Origin: Longimicrobiales bacterium
GTDB lineage: Bacteria; Gemmatimonadota; Gemmatimonadetes; Longimicrobiales; Gaopeijiaceae
Length of the DNA: 64,000 bases
Assembly (NCBI GenBank): GCA_963664435.2
Contig: CAXXKM010000003.1
Span: 896,001-960,000 of the forward strand
Direction of reading: 5' to 3'
Numbering within the stretch: position 1 is the first letter of the stretch; each line of letters starts with the position of its first letter. This document shows, piece by piece, positions 40,229 to 49,761 of this stretch. Both the position numbers and the translations under genes were made by a program. Under the pieces are notes generated by a model that saw nothing but the letters and a program-made list of their open reading frames with translations, was not told where the DNA came from and did not search any database.

Positions 40229-41541
40229 CGCGTTCCCACATGCATCCGCCCCGCCGGTCGATCTGCGCCGACCCCCGTTCTCCCTTCGACCCCGGTCGCT
40301 CCGGCGCCCGAGTCCCGTCGGCTCCTTCCTCCGAGGCGACCCCTCCTCGCACCCGTCGTCCCGTGGCCCGTGTCCGCGCGCTGTTGCTTCTTGTCCTCGC
40401 CCTGCTCTCCACGGCTCCTCTTCACGCCCAGGGGACCGTCGTCACGCGAGCGGCCCCGGGGGACGCGGGCATGTCCGAGGGCGTTCTCGCCGGCGGCGTG
40501 GCGCTCTACGAGGAGGCGATCGAGCGTGGCGACCTCGTGGGGGCGGTGCTGCTCGTGGCCAGGGACGGCAAGGTCGTGCTGCACGAGGCGCTGGGGTGGC
40601 GGGACAAGGCGCGCGGCATCCCCATGGAGCCGGGCACCATGTTCCGCATGGCCTCCAACACCAAGCCGCCGGTGGCCACGGCCATCGCGATGCTGGTGGA
40701 GGACGGGAGGCTGGCCTACGACGACCTGGTGCGCGAACACCTGCCGTCCTGGGACAACTATCGCGCCGGCTTCATCAACATCGGCCATCTGCTGTCGCAC
40801 GCCAGCGGGCTCCGCATCCCGACGCTCTTCCTGCAGCCCTACATGGAGCCGTCCGCCGAGCATCCGGACGCGCCGACACTCCAGCTGGAAGCCGCCCGTT
40901 TCGGCGCCGTCGGTGCGGAGGCCATCCCCGGCACCACCTACAGCTACAACAATCCGGGCTACAACACCCTGGGCGCGCTGGTGGAGATCGCGTCGGAGAT
41001 GCCGCTGGAGGAGTACCTCGACCAGGAGATCTACACGCCGCTCGGCATGGTCGACAGCTACCATCACGAGATCGACGAGAGGATGGACGGCAAGCTGGAC
41101 CGAATGGGCGTCGTCTACTATGAGCGCGACGGCGAAGGCGGCTGGATGCCCGGATGGACCCCCGGCGATCCGCCCCAGGTCCCGTTCGTGCGGGCCTCCG
41201 GAGGGATGATCTCGACCGCCGACGACTATGTCATCTTCTGTCAGATGTTTCTGAACCGCGGCGTCTACGACGGGAAGCGGATCATTTCCGAGGAGACCGT
41301 GGAGTCGATGACATCGCCGAAGATCCGCACCAACCCCGGTGCCGAGGGCCCGGCCCGCTACTACGGGTACGGATGGTCGGTTTCGGACGACGGCGTGTAC
41401 TCTCACACCGGGTCCGACGGCACCGGTGCCTGGGTGGATCCGTCGACCAACCTGATCGTGCTGGTGTTCACGCAGACGCCGCGAGGCCGCGATCCGGTAG
41501 CGCGCTTCCGCGAGATCGTGAACCTGGCCATCGAGGGGTGA
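40225..41541 (+). CDS. Serine hydrolase, beta-lactamase (class C-like) family
   Basis: FRMASNTK (SxxK), LLSHASG, YSYNN, HTGSDG; start uncertain. Confidence 0.9.
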   Translation: MTRSHMHPPRRSICADPRSPFDPGRSGARVPSAPSSEATPPRTRRPVARVRALLLLVLALLSTAPLHAQGTVVTRAAPGDAGMSEGVLAGGVALYEEAIERGDLVGAVLLVARDGKVVLHEALGWRDKARGIPMEPGTMFRMASNTKPPVATAIAMLVEDGRLAYDDLVREHLPSWDNYRAGFINIGHLLSHASGLRIPTLFLQPYMEPSAEHPDAPTLQLEAARFGAVGAEAIPGTTYSYNNPGYNTLGALVEIASEMPLEEYLDQEIYTPLGMVDSYHHEIDERMDGKLDRMGVVYYERDGEGGWMPGWTPGDPPQVPFVRASGGMISTADDYVIFCQMFLNRGVYDGKRIISEETVESMTSPKIRTNPGAEGPARYYGYGWSVSDDGVYSHTGSDGTGAWVDPSTNLIVLVFTQTPRGRDPVARFREIVNLAIEG

Positions 41542-41567
41542 AAGCCGAGCGCACGGGAGGAACGCCC

Positions 41568-41729
41568 ATGCATCGTATTTCGGCGCGTGTACCTGACGAG
41601 CTTTCCGAGAGGTTGGATGCGGCCGCCCGGCGATTCGAGCGACCTCGTGCTAGATTGGGAAAGAGGTACGCGCGGAACTGCTCCGCTGAATCGATCCTGC
41701 CCCGCTCTCTGATTCCGAGACGCCCATGA
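41568..41729 (+). pseudogene. Truncated ribbon-helix-helix (CopG-like) gene remnant
   Basis: GGGAGG RBS; MHRISARVPDELSERLDAAARRFERPRA is RHH strand plus helix 1, then similarity is lost. Confidence 0.45.
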
Positions 41730-42328
41730 CTCAGCTTCGCCCCCTCTTCAGCTTCCCCCTCCTGATCCTCGTTGCCGCCTGTGCCACGGGCGAGGCGCGC
41801 GACGCGGATGGTGCCCAGGCGTCGGATGGCGCGCCGGCGTCGCACGACGCCCATGCCCTGCATGCATCCGGGGACGTGGCGGCCGGCGCTGCAGGCGAGG
41901 CAACCGCGACTCTGGCGGCTTCCCCCGCGCGCACCGGCGCCGATGCCCTGCCCAGGGCGCTCGTCTACAAGACGCCCAGCTGCGGGTGCTGCACCCTGTG
42001 GGTCGATCACATGCGGGAGGCCGGTTTCGAGGTGGACGCGCGCAACCTGAACGACATCATCCCGATCAAGATCGACGCCGGCGTGCCGCCCCGGATGTCG
42101 TCCTGCCACACGACGCTGATCGACGGCTACGTGGTCGAGGGCCACATCCCCGCGGAGCACGTCAAGCGGCTGCTGGAGGAGCGGCCCGACGTCGTGGGCA
42201 TCGCTGTTCCGGGCATGCCGATCGGGTCCCCGGGCATGGAAGGAATCGGTGCGCGTCCCTACCAGGTGCTCTCCTGGGACCGCGCGGGGAACGTCGAGGT
42301 GTACGCGGAGGTGGATCCGCGCCGCTGA
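41726..42328 (+). CDS. DUF411 metal-binding lipoprotein
   Basis: YKTPSCGCC..W, SCHT, YVVEGHIPA, AVPGMPIGSPGME; lipobox VAAC. Confidence 0.92.
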   Translation: MTQLRPLFSFPLLILVAACATGEARDADGAQASDGAPASHDAHALHASGDVAAGAAGEATATLAASPARTGADALPRALVYKTPSCGCCTLWVDHMREAGFEVDARNLNDIIPIKIDAGVPPRMSSCHTTLIDGYVVEGHIPAEHVKRLLEERPDVVGIAVPGMPIGSPGMEGIGARPYQVLSWDRAGNVEVYAEVDPRR

Positions 42329-42409
42329 GCGGCATGCGCTCCGTGGACGAGTCCGCGCGCAGATGAGCCCGAACTCATCTCCATCGGCCAGCGCCCTTTT
42401 TTCGCACCC

Positions 42410-42437
42410 TTGACAGCCCCGGACGGGGCATCACATT
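42410..42437 (+). promoter_or_regulatory. Putative sigma70 promoter for the SAM riboswitch-met leader
   Basis: TTGACA at 42410-42415 with CACATT about 16 nt downstream, just before the aptamer. Confidence 0.5.
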
Positions 42438-42445
42438 CTCACACA

Positions 42446-42567
42446 ACTCATCGAGACCGGCCGAGGGACTGGCCCTTTGACGCCGGGGCAACCGGATCGT
42501 TTTCTCTGGAGAACGGTCAGCGGTGCCAACTCCCGCGGGTTCCCGTGATGGAATCCGAGAGATGAGT
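42446..42567 (+). promoter_or_regulatory. SAM-I (S-box) riboswitch
   Basis: P1 ACTCATC/GATGAGT; conserved ATCGAGA, GAGGGACTGGCCC, GGCAACC, GGTGCCAACTCC; upstream of met genes. Confidence 0.95.
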
Positions 42568-42634
42568 GCCTCGGTCGGTTCGCCGGCTGGCGCTTCCAGG
42601 GGTTGGCATCGCGCCCAACCTGTGGAGAGCCACG

Positions 42635-43744
42635 ATGCAACCGACCACCTCCCCTCCCCGAGGGTATCCGCTTCCGTACCCGCCTGCCCGCAACGGGAAC
42701 GTTCCGGACCACCGCGAGCCCCCGCGCACCCGCGCCCTGCCGCCCGCCCGCCGCGGAGCGGTCTACATGCGCCCCGGATGGAAGCCGGAGCTTGAGCCAG
42801 GGCTGAACGCCCGCTTCAAGGTCCCCTTCGAGGTCTCGGGACCGGCGGACGCCCCGTTGCTGGTTGTGATGGGCGGGATCTCGGCCGATCGGCACGTCTC
42901 GGTCAACGCCGAAGACCGCTCCGAGGGCTGGTGGCGGAAGATCGTCGGCCCCGGGCTCGCGATCGACTCGCGTGAGTGGCGCATCCTGGGCATCGACTTC
43001 ATCGGCGCGGGTGGCACCATCGAGCCCGCAGGGCGCGACGCGTCCCGCACGCAGTTCCACATCACGCCGGGGGACCAGGCGGACGCGGTGGTGGCCGTCC
43101 TGGACCATCTCGGCGAACCCAGGGTCCATCGGGCCGTGGGGGCTTCCTACGGGGGTAACGCCGCCCTGGCCCTGGGCATTCGGTATCCCCGGCGTGCGGA
43201 AGGGGTCGTCGCCATTGCGGCCGCCCACCGCCCCCACCCCCTCGCGACCGGAGTGCGCAGCGTACAGCGCGCGATCCTCGAGTTCGCACGCGACCACGGC
43301 CGGGAGGCCGACGGCGTGGCCATGGCGAGGGCGCTGGCCTTCACCACCTACAAGACCGACGCGGGGCTGGACGCGCGCTTGGCCTTCGAGGCCGACCTGT
43401 CGAGCGGCAAGCCGGTCTACCCGGTGGACCGCTACCTGTGGAAGCGCGGACGGGCGTTCGCCGGGCGGTTCGATGCGAGAACCTACCTGACGCTGTGCGC
43501 CTCGATCGATCTGTGCGACCTGCGGCCCGAGGAGCTGACGGTCCCCTCCTGGCTGATCGCCTGGGAAGAGGACAGGTCGGTGCCGCTCTGGCTGGTCGAG
43601 GAGATGCATCGCCGGGCGGGGGCCCGCTCGCGCCTTCGGGTGCTCCACTCCGACGGCGGCCACGACGCGTTTCTCCTTCACGCACGCGAGTACAAGGCCG
43701 CTCTGCGGGAGAGCCTCGGGCTCTCCGTCGGCCAGGAGGTATGA
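42635..43744 (+). CDS. metX: Homoserine O-acyltransferase (MetX family)
   Basis: MGGISADRH, GWW..IVGPG, GASYGG, GGHDAFL; SAM riboswitch upstream, metB downstream. Confidence 0.88.
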   Translation: MQPTTSPPRGYPLPYPPARNGNVPDHREPPRTRALPPARRGAVYMRPGWKPELEPGLNARFKVPFEVSGPADAPLLVVMGGISADRHVSVNAEDRSEGWWRKIVGPGLAIDSREWRILGIDFIGAGGTIEPAGRDASRTQFHITPGDQADAVVAVLDHLGEPRVHRAVGASYGGNAALALGIRYPRRAEGVVAIAAAHRPHPLATGVRSVQRAILEFARDHGREADGVAMARALAFTTYKTDAGLDARLAFEADLSSGKPVYPVDRYLWKRGRAFAGRFDARTYLTLCASIDLCDLRPEELTVPSWLIAWEEDRSVPLWLVEEMHRRAGARSRLRVLHSDGGHDAFLLHAREYKAALRESLGLSVGQEV

Positions 43745-45084
43745 CTGCAATGAACGGGAACTGTACGAGACACCACACGGATCACGAGGGCGGGGACAGG
43801 ACGACCCGGCTGCTGGACGAAGCAGCGAACCCGCACCCTGCCCCCGCCACCAGGGCTGTCCAGGCCGGGCTCGCCGCCGATCCCGCCTATGGCGCGGTGA
43901 TGCCCCCGCTCTACCTGTCCAGCAACTTCCGCTTTCCGGGACTGGATGAACCTCCCGCATACGACTATACCCGGTCCGGCAACCCCACCCGCGAACTCCT
44001 CACCAACGCGCTGGCACAGCTGGAAGGCGGAGCGGGCGCCGTCGCGACTTCGTCGGGGATGTCCGCGGTGGGCGTCGTCCTCAACCTGGTTCGCGCCGAC
44101 GACCTGGTGCTGGCGCCGCACGACTGCTACGGGGGCACGCACCGGCTGCTGGTGGGCCTCGAGCGCCAGGGGCGGCTGCGCGTGCGCTTCGTGGACTTCA
44201 CCGACCCGGCCTCGCTCTCGGCCGGGCTGGAGCAGGAGCCGCGCATGATCTGGGTCGAGACGCCCAGCAACCCGTTGCTCCGCATCACCGACCTGGCCGC
44301 GGTGGCGCGCGCGGCCCGGCGCGTCGGAGCGATCGCCGTCGCCGACAACACCTTCCTTTCACCCGCCCTTCAGCGGCCCATCGACTTCGGCTTCGACCTT
44401 GTGGTTCATTCCACCACCAAGTTCATCAACGGGCACAGCGATGTGGTCGGCGGAGCGGTAATCGCGGCCGGCGACGACCTGTTCGAGGAGATCGCATGGT
44501 GGACCAACGCCACCGGCGCGGCCCAGAGCCCCTTCGACAGCTACCTGGCGCTGCGCGGCGTGCGCACGCTGTTCGCACGCACCCGCATCCACGAGGAGAA
44601 CACGCGCGCGGTGGTCGGCCTGCTCGCGGAGTCTCCCGCGGTCGCCCGGGTGCACTACCCGGGGCTACCGACGCACCCCGGGCATGAGCTCGCCCGGCGC
44701 CAGCAGTCCGGACACGGCAGCCTGTTCAGCTTCGACCTGGAGGGCGGGCGGCCCGCGGCGGAGAAGCTCCTGTCACGGCTCAGGCTCTTCACGCTGGCGG
44801 AGTCACTGGGCGGCGTGGAAAGCCTCATCTGCCACCCGGCCAGCATGACCCACGCGGCCATGGACGAGGCCGCCCAGGCCGTCGCGGGGATCGGCAAGGG
44901 CCTCCTGCGCGTTTCCGTCGGCATCGAGTCGGCCGACGACCTTGTCGCCGATCTGGAGCAGGCGCTGTCCGCCTGTCACGCCGCCGCGGCGCAGTGTGGC
45001 GCCGATGACGCCGATGTCGTGCGCCTCGGGTCGGCTGCCGCGGAGCCCGATCGCCGGCGAGCGAGGATCGCGGGGATCGGCTGA
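43741..45084 (+). CDS. metB: Cystathionine gamma-synthase
   Basis: YDYTRSGNPTR, SSGMSA, PHDCYGG, ETPSNP, HSTTKFINGHSDV, AESLGGVESLICHP. Confidence 0.93.
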   Translation: MTAMNGNCTRHHTDHEGGDRTTRLLDEAANPHPAPATRAVQAGLAADPAYGAVMPPLYLSSNFRFPGLDEPPAYDYTRSGNPTRELLTNALAQLEGGAGAVATSSGMSAVGVVLNLVRADDLVLAPHDCYGGTHRLLVGLERQGRLRVRFVDFTDPASLSAGLEQEPRMIWVETPSNPLLRITDLAAVARAARRVGAIAVADNTFLSPALQRPIDFGFDLVVHSTTKFINGHSDVVGGAVIAAGDDLFEEIAWWTNATGAAQSPFDSYLALRGVRTLFARTRIHEENTRAVVGLLAESPAVARVHYPGLPTHPGHELARRQQSGHGSLFSFDLEGGRPAAEKLLSRLRLFTLAESLGGVESLICHPASMTHAAMDEAAQAVAGIGKGLLRVSVGIESADDLVADLEQALSACHAAAAQCGADDADVVRLGSAAAEPDRRRARIAGIG

Positions 45085-45119
45085 CAGGCCGGAGTCCGGG
45101 ATGCGCAGCGATCCAATCT

Positions 45120-45182
45120 ACGAAGATCCTCGTTGACATCCGGTGAACCACTCGCTACACTTCCGACTACGAAGACCTTCGT
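45120..45182 (+). promoter_or_regulatory. blaI promoter flanked by two palindromic operators
   Basis: TTGACA(45133)-N17-TACACT(45156); ACGAAG-AT-CCTCGT at 45120-45133 and ACGAAG-AC-CTTCGT at 45169-45182. Confidence 0.7.
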
Positions 45183-45252
45183 GAAGCGGGGCGCCGGAGA
45201 ATTGGCGCCCCAAGGCATGACTCGTTCAATCCAACGTCTCGCAAGGTTCTAA

Positions 45253-45690
45253 ATGGACGACAAGGCGCAGGAATCGCACCGAAGCGCGCGCGAGTCAGCC
45301 GAAGCGGCGCGGGAACCGAATCGATTCACGCACCGCGAACTGGACATCATGAGCGTCCTCTGGCGCGAAGGCTCGGGGACGGTGGCGGAGGTCCGGGACG
45401 TTCTCGGGGAGGACGTCGGCTATACCACCGTCCTCAAGATGCTGCAGATCCTGGAGGGCAAGAACGCGGTTCGCCATGAGAAGGAGGGCCGGGCCCACCG
45501 CTACTTCCCCCTGGTCGAGTCCGCTGCCGCCGGCGGCAGCGCCCTGCGGCGCGTCATGAACAAGATCTTCCACGGTTCCGCGGAACTGCTCCTCGCGACG
45601 CTGGTCGAGAACCGGAAATTCACCGAAGAGGAGATCGCGCGCATGCGTTCGATCCTGGACCGTGCCCAGGAGAAGGAGGAAGACCGATGA
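45253..45690 (+). CDS. BlaI/MecI/CopY family transcriptional repressor
   Basis: RELDIMSVLW..GSGTVAEV, YTTVLKMLQILE.K, GRAHRYFP, FHGS..LL. Confidence 0.94.
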   Translation: MDDKAQESHRSARESAEAAREPNRFTHRELDIMSVLWREGSGTVAEVRDVLGEDVGYTTVLKMLQILEGKNAVRHEKEGRAHRYFPLVESAAAGGSALRRVMNKIFHGSAELLLATLVENRKFTEEEIARMRSILDRAQEKEEDR

Positions 45691-47093
45691 TCATCTGGAT
45701 GACATATGCCGCGGTGATCGGGGGTCTGCTGGCGGCCGGGGGGTGGGCCTGCGAGCGCCTGTGTGAGACCATGGGCTGGCCGCGGCGCTTTCCATGGCTG
45801 GTTGCTCTCACGCTGGCGGTGGTGATCCCGCTCTCCGCGAGGCCGCCGGCGGCGATTCCGGAGGTTCCCGCGAACGCCTCGCCCGCCAACGAACAAGTCA
45901 TCGAAGCCGTGCAGAATCCGGTTGCGTCGGTCCCCGGCCAGATGCTCGACCGCATGGCGGCGATTGGATGGGGCGCCGCGTCCCTGGCCACGCTTGCCGT
46001 CTTCGGCGCGATCCTGGGCCTCATGGTCCGCTCGCGCCGCCGATGGCCCCGGCGGTCGGTGGACGGCGAAGACGTCTACGTCTCCGAGGGCTTCGGCCCG
46101 GCGCTGATCGGCGTGGCGCGGCCCTCCGTGGTCATCCCCGAATGGCTGTTCTGCGCGAGCGAGCGGGCCGGGAGCGTCGCGATCCGGCATGAACGTGAGC
46201 ACGCCCGCGCACACGACCACCTGACCCTCCTCTACGGCGCGATGATCGCCGCGCTCTTCCCCTGGAGCCCGGCGGTCTGGTGGATGGTCCGCAACCTGCG
46301 CGGCGCGGTGGAAATCGATTGCGACCGGCGCGTCATTGCCTCCGGAGTCCCGGCGGACGACTACGGCAAGCTGCTGCTCGCCATCGGGGTGGGACAGCAC
46401 CGGCGGTGGGTGCTCACACCCGCCCTCGTCGAATCCAGACATTCCCTCGAACGGAGACTGAAGGTCATGGCAGCGAAGAAGATGAAGTGGAGCCCGCTGC
46501 GCGCGGTGACGCTGGCCGGTCTGACCCTGGCGGCCGTGGTCATCGCCTGTGATACCAACGCCCCCACCGCCATCGACGATGCGCTCCTCGACGTGCTGTC
46601 GAACCCGGAGGCCGAGGCCAGCGCGGACGGCTCGCTTACGCCGCGTGCCCTGGCCCAGCGGCTCGAGGTCGAGCGGCAGCTCAAGGCCGAGCGGCAGGCC
46701 GGGCGGCTCAGGCCGCTGATCTTCATCGACGGCGTGGAAGCGACGGATTCGGACGGCCCGCTCGAGGCCGGCACCTACTCGGTCAGGACCAGCGGCGGCG
46801 TCCTGTACTCGCCACTGAGTTCCCTGAACCCCGACGACATCGACCGGATCGAGATCATCAAGGGAAAGGCCGCAGCCGGTTTGTTCGGCGAACGCGCCGA
46901 GAACGGCGTTATCCAGATCTTTACGATCGAGCGCGAGGCGACTGAACCTGAGACGCCGTCGGCGAAGGATGTGCCGCCGTCTGGCGACGCCGGCGCCACC
47001 CGGCAGACCAAGCCGATTGAAATCGCCTACTACGTCCAGTTGGGAGCTCCCGCCTTTGTCATGACCACAAAGGAGCTATCGCTCGCCCCTTAG
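45687..47093 (+). CDS. M56 (BlaR1-like) metallopeptidase fused to a TonB-receptor plug-like domain
   Basis: GPALIG..RPSVVIP, HEREH, FPWSPAVWW, EIDCD; C-terminal PLIFIDGV..LNPDDIDRIEIIKG.AA..LFGERAENGVIQIFT. Confidence 0.9.
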   Translation: MIIWMTYAAVIGGLLAAGGWACERLCETMGWPRRFPWLVALTLAVVIPLSARPPAAIPEVPANASPANEQVIEAVQNPVASVPGQMLDRMAAIGWGAASLATLAVFGAILGLMVRSRRRWPRRSVDGEDVYVSEGFGPALIGVARPSVVIPEWLFCASERAGSVAIRHEREHARAHDHLTLLYGAMIAALFPWSPAVWWMVRNLRGAVEIDCDRRVIASGVPADDYGKLLLAIGVGQHRRWVLTPALVESRHSLERRLKVMAAKKMKWSPLRAVTLAGLTLAAVVIACDTNAPTAIDDALLDVLSNPEAEASADGSLTPRALAQRLEVERQLKAERQAGRLRPLIFIDGVEATDSDGPLEAGTYSVRTSGGVLYSPLSSLNPDDIDRIEIIKGKAAAGLFGERAENGVIQIFTIEREATEPETPSAKDVPPSGDAGATRQTKPIEIAYYVQLGAPAFVMTTKELSLAP

Positions 47094-47154
47094 TCTTCCA
47101 TCCGTCCCGCGTGAACGGCACGGCTGGCCCTGCTTGCCTTCTCGATTCAGAGGT

Positions 47155-47289
47155 GCGGCATCGCCAGCGGAGTCAGGGGGGGCTATTGTTGGCCTCTCGG
47201 CTCGTCATCGCTGTGAGGCAACGCCGACGATGGGTGTTCACGCCCGCCCTCATCAAATCCAGACATTCCCTCCAACGGAGACCGAGGTC
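47155..47289 (+). pseudogene. Decayed duplicate of the end of the M56 domain
   Basis: Resembles about 46330-46467 (e.g. AATCCAGACATTCCCTC shared); out of frame with the downstream ATG. Confidence 0.6.
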
Positions 47290-47703
47290 ATGGCTGCAAC
47301 GAAGATGAAATGGACCCCGCTACGCGCGCTCGCGCTGGCCGGTCTGACCCTGGCGGCGGCGGTGACCGCCTGCGATTCCGATACACCCACCGCCATCGAC
47401 GATGCGCTCCTCGACGTGCTGGCCAACCCGGAAGCGGCGGCCAACGCAGACGGATCCGGCAACCCGGTCTCGGAAGCACTGCAAATCGGGGGCAACCTCG
47501 GATACGGCGTGGCCCCGCTGGTCTTCGTCGACGGTGTCGAGTTCGAGGGGGGCAGCGGGTCGCTCAGCTCCCTGGATCCCGACGACATCGAGCGCATCGA
47601 GGTCATCAAGGGAGCGGCGGCCGCGGATCTGTACGGCGAGCGCGCCGAGAACGGCGTCATCCAGATCTTTACGAAGGAATCTGACGCGTCTTCGAACCCG
47701 TAG
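47290..47703 (+). CDS. Stand-alone TonB plug-like domain lipoprotein (paralog of the M56 C-terminus)
   Basis: GGAG upstream; signal MAATKMKWTPLRALALAGLTLAAAVTAC; PLVFVDGV..LDPDDIERIEVIKGAAAADLYGERAENGVIQIFTK. Confidence 0.75.
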   Translation: MAATKMKWTPLRALALAGLTLAAAVTACDSDTPTAIDDALLDVLANPEAAANADGSGNPVSEALQIGGNLGYGVAPLVFVDGVEFEGGSGSLSSLDPDDIERIEVIKGAAAADLYGERAENGVIQIFTKESDASSNP

Positions 47704-47715
47704 CCGTCGTCCCTC

Positions 47716-49761
47716 CTACCTGTCCTGCGTGACCGGCGCCTTGTGCGTCCCCCACTTCTCGAACCACTTGCGCAGGTATAGCTGGGTGCGCAGGAAGTTG
47801 GAGGGCCGCGAGCTGGTCCCGTGCCACTCCTCCTGGAAGCGGATCATCACGGTGGGCACGCCCTCGTACTGCAGCGCCTGGTAGAACTCCTCGGTCTGGC
47901 CCATCGGGGTGCGCAGGTCCATCTCCCCGGTCAGCAGCATGGTCGGGGTGGTCACGTTGCCGACATAGAAGATGGATGAGCGGTCGATCCACTCCGCCGG
48001 ATCCTCCCAGAAGGGCTTCTCGAAGGTGCGCGTGTAGCTGATGGCGTCCGAGGTGCCCATCGCCGACATCCAGTTGACGATGGGACAGTTGGCGGACGCG
48101 GCGGTAAAGCGGTCGGTGTTGCCCACGATGTAGCTGGTGAGGATGCCGCCGCCCGAGCAGCCGTAGACGAAGAGGTTTTCCTCGTCGACGTAGCCGCGCC
48201 CGAGCATCTCGTCGACACCGGCCATCAGGTCCGGGAAGTCGGCGCCGGGATAGTCGTGGTTGATGGCGTTGGCGAACTCGGTGCCGTAGCCGGTGCTGCC
48301 GCGCGGGTTGGTGTAGAGCACCACGTAGTCGTTGGCGGCGTGTTCCTGGAAGGCGAAGTTGAAGCCGCCGTTGTACATGCTGTGCGGGCCGCCGTGGATG
48401 ACGAGCATCATCGGGTAGATGCGGGACGGGTCGAAGTCCGGCGGCTTCACGATCCAGCCCTGGATGCGGAAGCCGTCCTCCGAGTCGTACCAGATCTCCT
48501 CCACTTCACCCAGTTCGACGTACGCCAGCACGTCGGCGTTCACATCGGTGAGGCGGCGGGTGTCGTCCGGGCTGTCGAGGTCGAAGCGGTAGACGTCGCC
48601 CGGGTCGTGGGCGCTCGAGATGACCCCGACGCCCACGCCGTCGTCCGAGAACGACGACAGGCCGAACAGGTGCTCGCCCGAGGTGAGCTGCGTCACCCCG
48701 CCATCCACGGATACGAAGTGGAGCTGCGCGTATCCGTCGCGCCGCACGTTGAAGTAGAGCCCGCTGCCGTCGCTCGCCCACATCATGCCTCCGGCCTGGC
48801 GGTCGTAGTCCCCGGAGATGACGCGCGAGCCGGAGCCGTCCCGGTTCATCAGGTGGATCTTCTGGTTGCGGTAGGTGTCGCGGTGGGCGTCGATCCCGGT
48901 ATAGGCGATGAGCGAGCCGTCGGGTGACGGAACCGGGCCGCCGTCGGGGCCCCGCCTGTCGGTCAGCCGCCGAATGTCGCCGCTCGCCACCGAGACCGCG
49001 TAGATCTCGGACTCCTGCCAGTGCTCCGGGCGGTCCCAGTCGTCCTCCCGATATGACGTGAAGTAGATCTCGCTGCCGTCGGGGCTCCACTGGATGCCGG
49101 AGTGGTTCCAGTCGCCGTCGGTCAGCCGGCGCGCGGTGCCCCCCTCGGCGGGAACCACGAAGACGTGGGTCCAGCCGGTGTCGACGTATCCCTGCCGGTC
49201 GCGCCTGTAGCCGGCCCGTTCCACCACCTTGGGCTCGCGCACCCACTGGGCGCCCTCCGGTCGGCGCGGCAGCTGCACGCCCGCGAAGTCGGCCCGGTCG
49301 GCCACCCGGCTGGTGAAGGCGATCCACTCGCCGTCGGGGGACCACCGCGCCCCCGACGGCCCGTTCTCCAGGCGCGTGATCTGGCTGACCGCGCCCTCGT
49401 CGTCCATCCAGCGGACGAAGAGCTGGGAGCCGCTGGGCTCGCCGCGCGCGCTGAAGAGGATGCGCGTGCCGTCCGGCGACCAGCGGGCCCCGCTGCCGTC
49501 GATGAGATGCCGGGAGCGGGAGCCGTCGGCGTTCATGATCCAGAGCGACGATTCGCGGCGGTCGGCCTGCTTGTCGACCCAGCCGCGCGTGTACACGATG
49601 CGCTCCCCGTCCGGGGAGATGCGCGGATCGGACACGCTCTCCATGTCCAGGTAGTGCGTGAGCGAGAGCCGATCCTGGGCGGCTGCGGGCGTGGCGACCG
49701 AGAAGATCGCGAGGACCGCCAAGGCGATGGCCAACCGGGCTACGGTGCATGAACGTCTCAT
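47716..49761 (-). CDS. S9 family peptidase
   Basis: WSPDG repeats, IHGGPH, NPRGSTGYG, GCSGGG, TGEMDLRTP, EEWH; GGAGG RBS. Confidence 0.94.
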   Translation of the reverse strand: MRRSCTVARLAIALAVLAIFSVATPAAAQDRLSLTHYLDMESVSDPRISPDGERIVYTRGWVDKQADRRESSLWIMNADGSRSRHLIDGSGARWSPDGTRILFSARGEPSGSQLFVRWMDDEGAVSQITRLENGPSGARWSPDGEWIAFTSRVADRADFAGVQLPRRPEGAQWVREPKVVERAGYRRDRQGYVDTGWTHVFVVPAEGGTARRLTDGDWNHSGIQWSPDGSEIYFTSYREDDWDRPEHWQESEIYAVSVASGDIRRLTDRRGPDGGPVPSPDGSLIAYTGIDAHRDTYRNQKIHLMNRDGSGSRVISGDYDRQAGGMMWASDGSGLYFNVRRDGYAQLHFVSVDGGVTQLTSGEHLFGLSSFSDDGVGVGVISSAHDPGDVYRFDLDSPDDTRRLTDVNADVLAYVELGEVEEIWYDSEDGFRIQGWIVKPPDFDPSRIYPMMLVIHGGPHSMYNGGFNFAFQEHAANDYVVLYTNPRGSTGYGTEFANAINHDYPGADFPDLMAGVDEMLGRGYVDEENLFVYGCSGGGILTSYIVGNTDRFTAASANCPIVNWMSAMGTSDAISYTRTFEKPFWEDPAEWIDRSSIFYVGNVTTPTMLLTGEMDLRTPMGQTEEFYQALQYEGVPTVMIRFQEEWHGTSSRPSNFLRTQLYLRKWFEKWGTHKAPVTQDR

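Noticed and set aside
40225..41541. Beta-lactam resistance gene controlled by the BlaI/M56 pair
   Set aside because: Generic serine hydrolase; no operator seen upstream; the M56 protein lacks a penicillin-binding domain.
44970..45084. metB C-terminal tail as a homoserine dehydrogenase remnant
   Set aside because: Resemblance (RIAGIG) is too short to support.
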